Positions 35,943-43,944 of a stretch of 64,000 nt of DNA are shown here, one piece after another. This DNA comes from a virus. Made by a program: the position numbers and the translations under genes. Location: positions 6,174 through 70,173 of IMG/VR virus record IMGVR_UViG_3300042549_007519. One strand, written 5' to 3'. Every line of letters starts with the position of its first letter. Position 1 is the first letter of the stretch. Under the pieces are notes generated by a model. The model saw nothing but the letters and a program-made list of their open reading frames with translations. It was not told where the DNA came from and did no database searches.

Positions 35943-37907
35943 TTAATTTAACATTTCTAATATTTCTAAAGCTTCCTCAACTTCTTGTTTTTCATCGTCA
36001 GGCAAAGTTTCTAACAACATTTTAAGCGTTTCTATTGCTTCTTGTAATTCGTTTGGCTCTACTTCTTTATTTTCAATAGCAGGCACAATTTCAGCAGTAG
36101 TTTCTTTTATTTCTTCTACTACTTTTTTCATTTGCAATTCAGCACTAAAAAAGTCTTTATTTTCTTGTAAAAATTGTTCAATCAAAGGTTTAATTTTTGA
36201 GTTGAAATTTTCTTTGTTTACAAAAACTTCTTGGTTTGCTATTTTTTCTGGAACAGAAAAGTTACCATAACCATATACTATTTCTACATCATCGCCATAC
36301 TTTTGCATTACAAAATATTGTTGCATTGCTCTTGCAAAACATTCCTTTGTAGCATTGATATAATCAGTTTGTTGCTCTTTTGGTTTATTTAAGTTATTTC
36401 TAAACGTAAAAGCAATTACACCAGCAGTAGATTCAAAGTTATCAGTTTCCCAACGCTTACCATTTTTTTGACCTAATTTATTATCAATAAAGTGTGCCAA
36501 TTCGTGAGCAAAAGTAGAGTTAAATTGAATTTCTCCATACTTATCAGAAACGGCAATAGTTCCCATGCTTGGAATATAAACTCCAACCGCTTTTTGAGCA
36601 AAAACTAACTTCTTACCAGTATGAGAAATTTTCATATTGTTTTGAATAAATTCGTCTTTTAAGTTACCAAACACTTTGCTAATTTCAATTAAACCTTGTT
36701 CGATTTGCTGTGTTTCAGATGCGTTAATTTTATCCCCATTTTGTCTTTTTACCAACACTCCATAATCGGCATACAAATAGTTTTCGGTATTAGATTCTCC
36801 AAATGAAGTTTCAATAGCCGTTTTATAGTTTTCAGACATTTCTTCTCTTTGAAATTCAATATCCTTAAACTTGTATTCCATCATTTCTCTAAAATCTCTC
36901 CAATATTTAAAAACTAATGGGTGTGCATAAGCTCCAACAGATTTTTCTCCTATTTTTAATCGAGTTGTTTTATTAGAAGCAGTTCTTAAAAATTCTGGAT
37001 TAATAAAGACATTATACATATCGTGAAAAGATGAGTACATTCTATCTTCTCTTAATGCTGTTTTAATTTTTTCTGCACCATAAACCTTATATGCAGGCGA
37101 TAATTTTTCTTTTTCACTTAAAGGTAAATCAATCCATTCTTGCTCGGTATATTTTTTCTGTAAAGCTTTGCTTATAGAATAATAAAAACCTTTTTGGGAA
37201 TAATGTTTTTCTCTACGTTCTAAAGGCAATGAAAAATAATACTCTTTTGATTTTTCTGTTTTTTGGTCAGCTTTTTTCTTATTAACCGCTTTAAGTTTAG
37301 TTAAATAGTATAAGCTAATCAAAACTAATTGGTCAAGAGTTACTAAAAACACTTGCGATTGATTTTCAAAAGTACTATATTGATAGTCTGAATAAGAAAC
37401 TACATAGGTATCATTTGTATATCTAATTGCATCTAAAATAGTACCTCTTATTCTAAATTTTTCTTCATCAATTAAAGGAATATATGCAGGTGCAGGGTCA
37501 ACTAAAATTGTTTCTATGTCAAATATAATTTTGTCTGTATTTACATTTCTAAAATCAGGAACACCTTTGTAAACTTTTCCTGTTTTGTCCTCAAATTCAA
37601 CAACAGTACCGCCATTTGAAATTGCTTTTAGTTGATTATCAATATTTTTTAATTGATTTGTTTTAATATTAACTAAAGCACTAATAGCTCCTCTTTTGTT
37701 CATTATAACTTCACGTTGTTTCCATTCAGCAATAGATGAATATTCGACTTTTAAAACTTCATCTTCATCTTTAAGTTTTTGAATTTCAGTTGCAATCGCT
37801 TCTTTTTGATTAGAAAAATCCAATAAAACTTTTTCAGCAAATTCCTTTGCCATTTTAGTTGCTAACTCTAATTCTTCTTCGGTTAGTATGTCTTTTAATT
37901 CTTTCAT
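35943..37907 (-). CDS. large polyvalent protein with zincin (MPTase/LPD1-like) domain
   Basis: FAHELAHFID..ECFARAMQQY. Confidence 0.7.
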   Translation of the reverse strand: MKELKDILTEEELELATKMAKEFAEKVLLDFSNQKEAIATEIQKLKDEDEVLKVEYSSIAEWKQREVIMNKRGAISALVNIKTNQLKNIDNQLKAISNGGTVVEFEDKTGKVYKGVPDFRNVNTDKIIFDIETILVDPAPAYIPLIDEEKFRIRGTILDAIRYTNDTYVVSYSDYQYSTFENQSQVFLVTLDQLVLISLYYLTKLKAVNKKKADQKTEKSKEYYFSLPLERREKHYSQKGFYYSISKALQKKYTEQEWIDLPLSEKEKLSPAYKVYGAEKIKTALREDRMYSSFHDMYNVFINPEFLRTASNKTTRLKIGEKSVGAYAHPLVFKYWRDFREMMEYKFKDIEFQREEMSENYKTAIETSFGESNTENYLYADYGVLVKRQNGDKINASETQQIEQGLIEISKVFGNLKDEFIQNNMKISHTGKKLVFAQKAVGVYIPSMGTIAVSDKYGEIQFNSTFAHELAHFIDNKLGQKNGKRWETDNFESTAGVIAFTFRNNLNKPKEQQTDYINATKECFARAMQQYFVMQKYGDDVEIVYGYGNFSVPEKIANQEVFVNKENFNSKIKPLIEQFLQENKDFFSAELQMKKVVEEIKETTAEIVPAIENKEVEPNELQEAIETLKMLLETLPDDEKQEVEEALEILEMLN

Positions 37908-37913
37908 TATTTA

Positions 37914-40900
37914 TTAATTTAAAGGCGTTCTAATTGGCTCAAAAGTTAGTTTTTTACCTAACGCACCACCAAACTCATAACTATCTTCTTTAAGCATATT
38001 TAAAATTTCTAATGCTTCGTAAATTTCTTTTCTTTGCTCCTCGTTTTCTTCAATTTCAGCCAACATCAATAAAGTTTCAATAGCTTCTCTAACTTGTTCT
38101 CTTTCTACGTTTACAGCTTCTTTTTTCGCTTTAGCTACCTTTTTAGGTTGTTGCTTTGTTTTTTCCTCTGGCAAAGTCTTTTTGTAGTCTATTGCATCAA
38201 TTGGGAAAATATAAGGACTAAAAGGCTCGGTAAAATAACATTCAACTTCCGTATCGGTTATTGTATCTAACATTACTTGAAATAAATTTTTACCAAAAGC
38301 AAAATATTGATTTTCTTTAAATTCGTCTTTAACTGGCATTAATAAAAACACAGATTTGTCTAAACTTATAGTTGAATCAACTTGCTGATAATTAAAATCA
38401 ATTTCGCATAATTCAATTTTATCTACATATTCTAATTGCTTATTATATCCTAAATCGTTATTTGCTTTTAAAAATAAACTATTGCCTTCGTTTGTAAAAG
38501 TTAATACCGAATTTTTATTGTATTTTTCAATAAATTTTTGTGCTTTCTCGCTATTCAAACAATTATTCATAGCAACATGGTCAAAAACTATTTTTTTTGT
38601 ATTATATCGTGTTATAATTGCATCAACATTAGAGTATCTACCTTCAATAGTTCTTGCAACAAAATCAATGTTTTCTGCTTCAATAAATATATTAGCCTTA
38701 CTAAATTTAAAGTGTAACGAACCATCTGCTAACTCAACAAATTGCTTCAAAAAATTTACTGGCAAAATGTATTCTAATTCTCTATCGTCTTTTTCAAATT
38801 CACAATATTCGGTAACATTTATTTTGCAAAGTGTATGAGCATTAGTGGTTACTAAAAACAATTGGTTATCACTTGTTTTTTTGATACAAATACCTGTTTG
38901 TTTCGGTCTTAATTCATCTTTACCTACTGACAATAACAATTTGTCTAAATAGAAATCAAATACTTCGCTAAAAGTTATAAATTCAAAAGCAGTCGGCTTG
39001 CCCTTAACTTCTCCTAAATAATTTTGTTCATTAACTTCATTTTTATTAAAAACCCTTTCGCTTGGAAAATCCTCAATAGGTTCTATTGTGATAAAAGGAT
39101 TTTTTTTATAAAATTCATAAATCCCATCAGGTGCTTGTACGTTTTTAATTTTAATTTCGGTTTCTAAATTAGAAACGGTCAATACTTTATTTTCTATTTT
39201 GGCAAATTGTAAAATAGGTAATTGAATTTTAGAATTTTTATTTAAAAATGATTGTACTAAATCCGATTCTTTATCATCAAGTAACATATTGGATTCATAT
39301 TGCATTTTAAATTCTGCAATAGAGCCATCTGCATTATGAATTTCATTATCGTTGAAATCGAAATATACTTTAATCTCTCTATCATTTCCATATTTAAAAT
39401 TGTCAACAGCTCCATAGCCTTCAAAATCTTTTACTAAAGTTGGCATAGTAAGCAATATTTCATCACTTCCTAATTCATAGTTTTTATTAGGTGTAAATAT
39501 AACCCCTCTGCTTGGATAAGAAATGAAAGCATATACTTCTTTATGTCCTAATTTTAATAATGTAGTCAGTGTAGTTATTAAATATTTAGCATTTAACCCT
39601 ATTTGATTGTCATCTCCATATCTAAAAACAACTTGAAATGTAGTTTGATTTGTGTAATTAACAGCAGTTTTAGTGTATTGCAATAACTTATAAATATCTA
39701 CTAAATAAGATGTGCCTGCATCTTCTTTTTTAGGTATTACATTTTCATATTTTGCATACGCTTCATTAATTAAAAGAGGTTGACTTGGATTTGTTTTTTT
39801 TACTTTATTTATATCATAAACACCATTATACTTCTCATTTGGATAAGGTAACGTAATTAAAATAAGTGCATTGGTAGCCGTAATACCATTTTCATCAAAA
39901 TTAACTCCTGTTAAACTTGGTCTAACATTATCATCATCTTTATATAAATATGGTTGAATTATAGTTTCTAATCCTTTATCAATAGGATTATTAATAAAAG
40001 GTACTTTTTTAGTTTTTGTAATATTTTTAAAAATACTTGGCACTTTACTCCATTCGTAAACTTTACCACTTAAAGTTTGACCGCCATTTTTATACACATC
40101 AGCCATAAAACCGCCTTCATCAAAAGCAAGTCCGTTTTCCATACCTACTTGTCCATCTGCTTCCATATCTAAAACATCATTATAGTTGTTTAAATCTCTT
40201 GAAGGATGGTCGCCTTTTTTGGATTTTTCAGCTAAATTCATTTGACCGCCATTATTATATTTAACATTTACAACTTTATGAAAATCATTATTATCATCAT
40301 TTATAGCATAGCCGTTATCGTGAAGCCAATATTTCATTAATTCAACATCTGAAAAATAACTTGTTCTTTCGTCTTTAGTAAATTCAACTTCATTACTTAT
40401 ATGCCCAAAAATAACATCATTACCGTTTTTTTTGCAATAATCGTCTAAATACTTTAGTGTTTTCTTGCCTAAACCATTAAGTCTATTTTCTTTTGTTATA
40501 TACAAAGTTTGAATATAAATTGGATTTTTACATTCTATACCATATTCTTTTGCATGAGTTGACGTAGTTTTATAAAATTTTAAATCAATTTGACCTTCTT
40601 TAATTAGCTTTTCTATTTCTCCGACATTATCGTACTCATGCTCACACCCACAATTGCTTATTTCTTGCATAATTTCATAATCAGTCATAGTTTTACCACC
40701 ATAATTGTATGAACTACCATTGAAATAAATTTCGCCACCATTCTCTAATGAAACACCACCGCCTTTTTCGTTGATTTTAGACAATATTTCTCTATTGGTT
40801 AGCATTTGTCCTTCAAACTCTCTTTTGGTTTGGTCTGCAACCGCTGGAGCAGTAATAATTACTTCCCCACCTTGTACCTCAATTGGTTGTCCAGTAGATT

Positions 40901-41063
40901 TATTAACACCTTTTATTCCACCTTCTTTATGTAGTTTGCCAACAAAATAACCACCTTCAGTTCCTTTATCATGAATTATTGTTTGACCCTCTCTTTTGCC
41001 GACTAAAACACCGCCTGCTGGAGAGTTTTTTGCTTTTTCTTCGGTTATTGTATCTTTTTTCAT
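37914..41063 (-). CDS. large polyvalent protein with GNAT-like and beta-clamp-like domains
   Basis: RLNGLGKKTL (GNAT motif A); KDELRPKQTGI..VTTNAHTL..RTIEGRYSNV and DNVRPSLTGV..ATNA (DnaN-like). Confidence 0.65.
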   Translation of the reverse strand: MKKDTITEEKAKNSPAGGVLVGKREGQTIIHDKGTEGGYFVGKLHKEGGIKGVNKSTGQPIEVQGGEVIITAPAVADQTKREFEGQMLTNREILSKINEKGGGVSLENGGEIYFNGSSYNYGGKTMTDYEIMQEISNCGCEHEYDNVGEIEKLIKEGQIDLKFYKTTSTHAKEYGIECKNPIYIQTLYITKENRLNGLGKKTLKYLDDYCKKNGNDVIFGHISNEVEFTKDERTSYFSDVELMKYWLHDNGYAINDDNNDFHKVVNVKYNNGGQMNLAEKSKKGDHPSRDLNNYNDVLDMEADGQVGMENGLAFDEGGFMADVYKNGGQTLSGKVYEWSKVPSIFKNITKTKKVPFINNPIDKGLETIIQPYLYKDDDNVRPSLTGVNFDENGITATNALILITLPYPNEKYNGVYDINKVKKTNPSQPLLINEAYAKYENVIPKKEDAGTSYLVDIYKLLQYTKTAVNYTNQTTFQVVFRYGDDNQIGLNAKYLITTLTTLLKLGHKEVYAFISYPSRGVIFTPNKNYELGSDEILLTMPTLVKDFEGYGAVDNFKYGNDREIKVYFDFNDNEIHNADGSIAEFKMQYESNMLLDDKESDLVQSFLNKNSKIQLPILQFAKIENKVLTVSNLETEIKIKNVQAPDGIYEFYKKNPFITIEPIEDFPSERVFNKNEVNEQNYLGEVKGKPTAFEFITFSEVFDFYLDKLLLSVGKDELRPKQTGICIKKTSDNQLFLVTTNAHTLCKINVTEYCEFEKDDRELEYILPVNFLKQFVELADGSLHFKFSKANIFIEAENIDFVARTIEGRYSNVDAIITRYNTKKIVFDHVAMNNCLNSEKAQKFIEKYNKNSVLTFTNEGNSLFLKANNDLGYNKQLEYVDKIELCEIDFNYQQVDSTISLDKSVFLLMPVKDEFKENQYFAFGKNLFQVMLDTITDTEVECYFTEPFSPYIFPIDAIDYKKTLPEEKTKQQPKKVAKAKKEAVNVEREQVREAIETLLMLAEIEENEEQRKEIYEALEILNMLKEDSYEFGGALGKKLTFEPIRTPLN

Positions 41064-41064
41064 T

Positions 41065-41691
41065 TTACCCTATTAAAAATTTTAAATAATCTGGAGTACC
41101 ACTTTCTGTAATACCGCCTTTATTGTATCTTATATCGTTATTGTCTTTGTCAAAAGTTGTGTTCGTTCCATCTCCCAACTTAATTTGTTCTGAATAATAT
41201 GCCACAATTTCTTCCGCCCTATCAACTCCTTGTTCAAAATTAAAATCCTTTTCCCAATTAGGATAAACAACTACCCCATCATAACCTTCGTCTTTTAAAT
41301 CATCTGATTTTAATTCATAATTTCTGTATGAAGATTCTTTAAAATAAGGATTTTTTATATTTAAAAAACAATTATATTCAAATTCTCCATACCTATCTTG
41401 ACCTACATTTGGCGTAAAATAAAATCCTTTTCCATAAAAACCACCATCTGTCGTACTTCCGATTCTATATTCGTCAAATTCAAAAAATTCATTTGGACTA
41501 TTATGCACACAAATTAATGGCTCTCCATTTTCATCAATTATTTTTGAAACTCCATAGTAATCTTTAGTTTTATATGCTTCTTCCCAATCGCCAAACCATT
41601 GTTTAAACTCTTTTGTTCTTACAAGATTATATATTTCAGTAAAATATAAACCACTTGGCTTACCATTTGGTGCTAATAATTCTTTTTTCAT
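41065..41691 (-). CDS. ADP-ribosyltransferase-like (polyvalent-protein ART type)
   Basis: VRTKEFKQWFGDW..DENGEPL..H..GKGFYFT..GYDGV..EIVAY..QIK. Confidence 0.7.
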   Translation of the reverse strand: MKKELLAPNGKPSGLYFTEIYNLVRTKEFKQWFGDWEEAYKTKDYYGVSKIIDENGEPLICVHNSPNEFFEFDEYRIGSTTDGGFYGKGFYFTPNVGQDRYGEFEYNCFLNIKNPYFKESSYRNYELKSDDLKDEGYDGVVVYPNWEKDFNFEQGVDRAEEIVAYYSEQIKLGDGTNTTFDKDNNDIRYNKGGITESGTPDYLKFLIG

Positions 41692-41692
41692 T

Positions 41693-42262
41693 TTACCCTA
41701 TTAAAAATTTTAAATAGTCTGGAGTACCACTTTCTGTAATACCGCCTTTATTATATCTTATATCGTTACTTTTTGAATCAAATGTAGTGTTAGTGCCATC
41801 GGCAAGTTTTATTTGGTTAGAATTATATATATTAATATTAAATTTAGGAGCTAATTTATTTTTATATTTACCTGACCAATCAACATTATAAACATACGAA
41901 TCATATCCCAAATCATCATAATCATCACGATTTTCTGAATCAAATGTAATATTAAAAGATTTTATAAAATATTCTTTTGATTTTCCATAACTTCCTGCCA
42001 ATTCTTTTTGGTTTGTAAACCAATGACCAACTCTTACTGATTTATCATTTGGAAAACGTTCTTTAAATATGTTGAATTTTTTATCAGTTCCATGATAAAC
42101 TACAAGTGGCTCTCCATTTTCATCAATAACCTTACTGGCATTTTCTGGGTCGTTTTCCCAATCCCCAAACCATTTTTTAAATTCTGGTGTGCGGACTAAT
42201 TTATATTGTTCAGCAGTCAAATTGCTCGGTTTACCATTTGGTGCTAATAATTCTTTTTTCAT
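41693..42262 (-). CDS. ADP-ribosyltransferase-like (polyvalent-protein ART type), tandem paralog
   Basis: VRTPEFKKWFGDW..DENGEPLVVYHGT..WFT..NQIKLADGTNTTF. Confidence 0.7.
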   Translation of the reverse strand: MKKELLAPNGKPSNLTAEQYKLVRTPEFKKWFGDWENDPENASKVIDENGEPLVVYHGTDKKFNIFKERFPNDKSVRVGHWFTNQKELAGSYGKSKEYFIKSFNITFDSENRDDYDDLGYDSYVYNVDWSGKYKNKLAPKFNINIYNSNQIKLADGTNTTFDSKSNDIRYNKGGITESGTPDYLKFLIG

Positions 42263-42418
42263 GAAACATCAATATTTTTTTCAAATGTATAAAATTCTAT
42301 TGTAATCTAAAAATCATATTATTTATAATATGCAACATAATTTATTCAAATGTAGGCATTTAATATTTTTTTACTACATTTGTTTCTAATAAATTTATTA
42401 ACTTAAAAAATTTTAATC

Positions 42419-42535
42419 ATGGGTGCAGGATTTTTCGACATCAAAAGTGCTAATTATTTAGGTGGAGTAAATTTGCATAACACAGTTACGATTGCGTTAT
42501 TAGCATTTTTAGTTTACAAAACAGTTAAGAAGTAA
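42419..42535 (+). CDS. 38-aa membrane peptide in a stand-alone plus-strand unit
   Basis: MGAGFFDIKSANYLGGVNLHNTVTIALLAFLVYKTVKK; TACATTTG at 42375-42382; terminator downstream. Confidence 0.7.
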   Translation: MGAGFFDIKSANYLGGVNLHNTVTIALLAFLVYKTVKK

Positions 42536-42550
42536 TTTCTTTACTTTAGC

Positions 42551-42584
42551 AAAAAAAAATCCCACCTAATTGGTGGGTTTTTTA
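42551..42584. terminator. bidirectional intrinsic terminator
   Basis: A-tract, CCCACC-taatt-GGTGGG, T-tract. Confidence 0.8.
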
Positions 42585-43091
42585 TTAAATATGAGTCCAA
42601 TTTATTTTTTCTATAATTCTTAATATTGTAATTCTGCTTACTCCATACTTTTTTGATAAAGACATTTTGGTTTCAGAAAAACCTATTTTTCTTATTTCTA
42701 AAACTTGTTCTTCAGTAAGTTTGCATTTATGATGCTTAATTCCTTTTTGGTCTTTTAATCCAATTTCAATAGCGTGTTTCATATTTTCTTCATTAGTACA
42801 CCATTCTAAATTTTCAACTCTATTGTCAATTTTAATTCCGTTTATATGGTTAACTGTTTTTTTATTCAAAGGATTATCAATAAAAGCCAAAGCAACTAAT
42901 CTATGTTCAGTAAAATAATTATTATTACCATTTTTAGACAAAACTCTTTTTACATACCCATACCTATCAATACTTCTACCAATTAACCTTTCTTCAAAAA
43001 CTCTTTCGCTAACTAAACGTTTAACATTACCTAAATTTGACACTTTATATAATCCTTCAAAACCAACTATGTCTTTCCAAATTTCTTCCAT
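42585..43091 (-). CDS. NUMOD4-HNH homing endonuclease
   Basis: EIWKDIVGFEGLYKVSNLGNVK; HRLVALAF..VNHINGIKIDNRVENLEW. Confidence 0.95.
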   Translation of the reverse strand: MEEIWKDIVGFEGLYKVSNLGNVKRLVSERVFEERLIGRSIDRYGYVKRVLSKNGNNNYFTEHRLVALAFIDNPLNKKTVNHINGIKIDNRVENLEWCTNEENMKHAIEIGLKDQKGIKHHKCKLTEEQVLEIRKIGFSETKMSLSKKYGVSRITILRIIEKINWTHI

Positions 43092-43110
43092 AATTTTATA
43101 AAAAAGTAAA

Positions 43111-43194
43111 GCTCCTACAAATCCAAACGCACTCGACCTCGTTCTTCATTGTAAGAGCCAATATTTTTAAGTTACAAATTGTCGAGTGGTAACT
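43111..43194 (-). ncRNA. structured 5' leader (kissing-loop) of the HNH gene
   Basis: two hairpins whose loops carry complementary CACTCGAC and GTCGAGTG; TATATTTG at 43208-43201. Confidence 0.6.
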
Positions 43195-43219
43195 ACTTGA
43201 CAAATATAATAAAAATTTT

Positions 43220-43480
43220 TTATCTCCAAGTAATATATTTAACTAAAGCCATTTGAGCATCAACAATTTTATTGAAAGCGTTTGTTCTAAAAACATTTGC
43301 TTCCCAACTTTGCGTTACTTTACCATAATCGCTTTTTTCTAACTCTGCTTGTTGTAGCAAATCTAAAGCATCAGCCATTAGTTGTTTAGCTTTGTTTACT
43401 TTGTCATCTCCAGAGGGATTAAATGTTAATCCTACTGCTTTTTCCCCGAATGTCATTTCTCTTTGTACTTGATTTTCCAT
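43220..43480 (-). CDS. conserved small phage protein (possibly Acb2/Tad-like nucleotide-sponge family)
   Basis: TFGEKAVGLTFNPSGDDKV..K..A..AQMALVK.ITW; family assignment tentative. Confidence 0.5.
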   Translation of the reverse strand: MENQVQREMTFGEKAVGLTFNPSGDDKVNKAKQLMADALDLLQQAELEKSDYGKVTQSWEANVFRTNAFNKIVDAQMALVKYITWR

Positions 43481-43485
43481 ATTAT

Positions 43486-43510
43486 TTTTAGCACTTAACC
43501 TTGCAATCGG
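43486..43510 (-). promoter_or_regulatory. conserved leader motif, copy 2
   Basis: CCGATTGCAAGGTTAAGTGCTAAAA, 10 nt before ATG 43480. Confidence 0.7.
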
Positions 43511-43528
43511 TTTCTTGGTTATTTTTTA

Positions 43529-43942
43529 TTAAGTTAAGTTGTTCCCTTGATTTTTTCTTCTCAAATAATCTTTTTTATAATTTCCTTCATGTTGTTTAAT
43601 TTTACAAATTGATATAGCCTTAACTGTTTTTTTAGCTATTTTTTTTGTTTTTTTCAAAATTATTTGTTGAAAATCTTCACTACAACTATCGAATATAAAT
43701 TTATTTAATTCAAAATGTAATTCTGGCTTTTTACTTGGTTTAGGTATTCTAAAATCTGAAGGTATTTTTATTTCATCTAAAACATCTTCCATAAAATCTA
43801 TATTAGAACAATTAAAATAAACCCATCTTAAATATTTATGTTTTTTAAGGTTTATCATTTCTTGAACTGATAAATCTGAATATTGTCCAAATTTCAGAAC
43901 TGATTTTCTTGTTAGTTTTCTTAATAAAGTAACATCAGACAT
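43529..43942 (-). CDS. hypothetical protein
   Basis: LKFGQY..YLRW motif. Confidence 0.6.
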   Translation of the reverse strand: MSDVTLLRKLTRKSVLKFGQYSDLSVQEMINLKKHKYLRWVYFNCSNIDFMEDVLDEIKIPSDFRIPKPSKKPELHFELNKFIFDSCSEDFQQIILKKTKKIAKKTVKAISICKIKQHEGNYKKDYLRRKNQGNNLT

Positions 43943-43944
43943 TT

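Noticed and set aside
35438-36025. Plus-strand ORFs in the track (e.g. 4390, 8075, 24427, 29772, 31267, 35438, 38482, 54716)
   Set aside because: Antisense shadows of well-supported minus-strand genes, with Ser/Phe/Leu-rich composition.
32281-41063. Tape measure or tail genes
   Set aside because: No TM or periodic helical pattern and no tail tube, baseplate or chaperone neighbours; only the N-terminal GxxHxxGG..EGGE-like domain of 37914 recalls such proteins.
42585-43194. Group I intron around the HNH gene
   Set aside because: No interrupted host gene, and the flanks are too short for a catalytic core.
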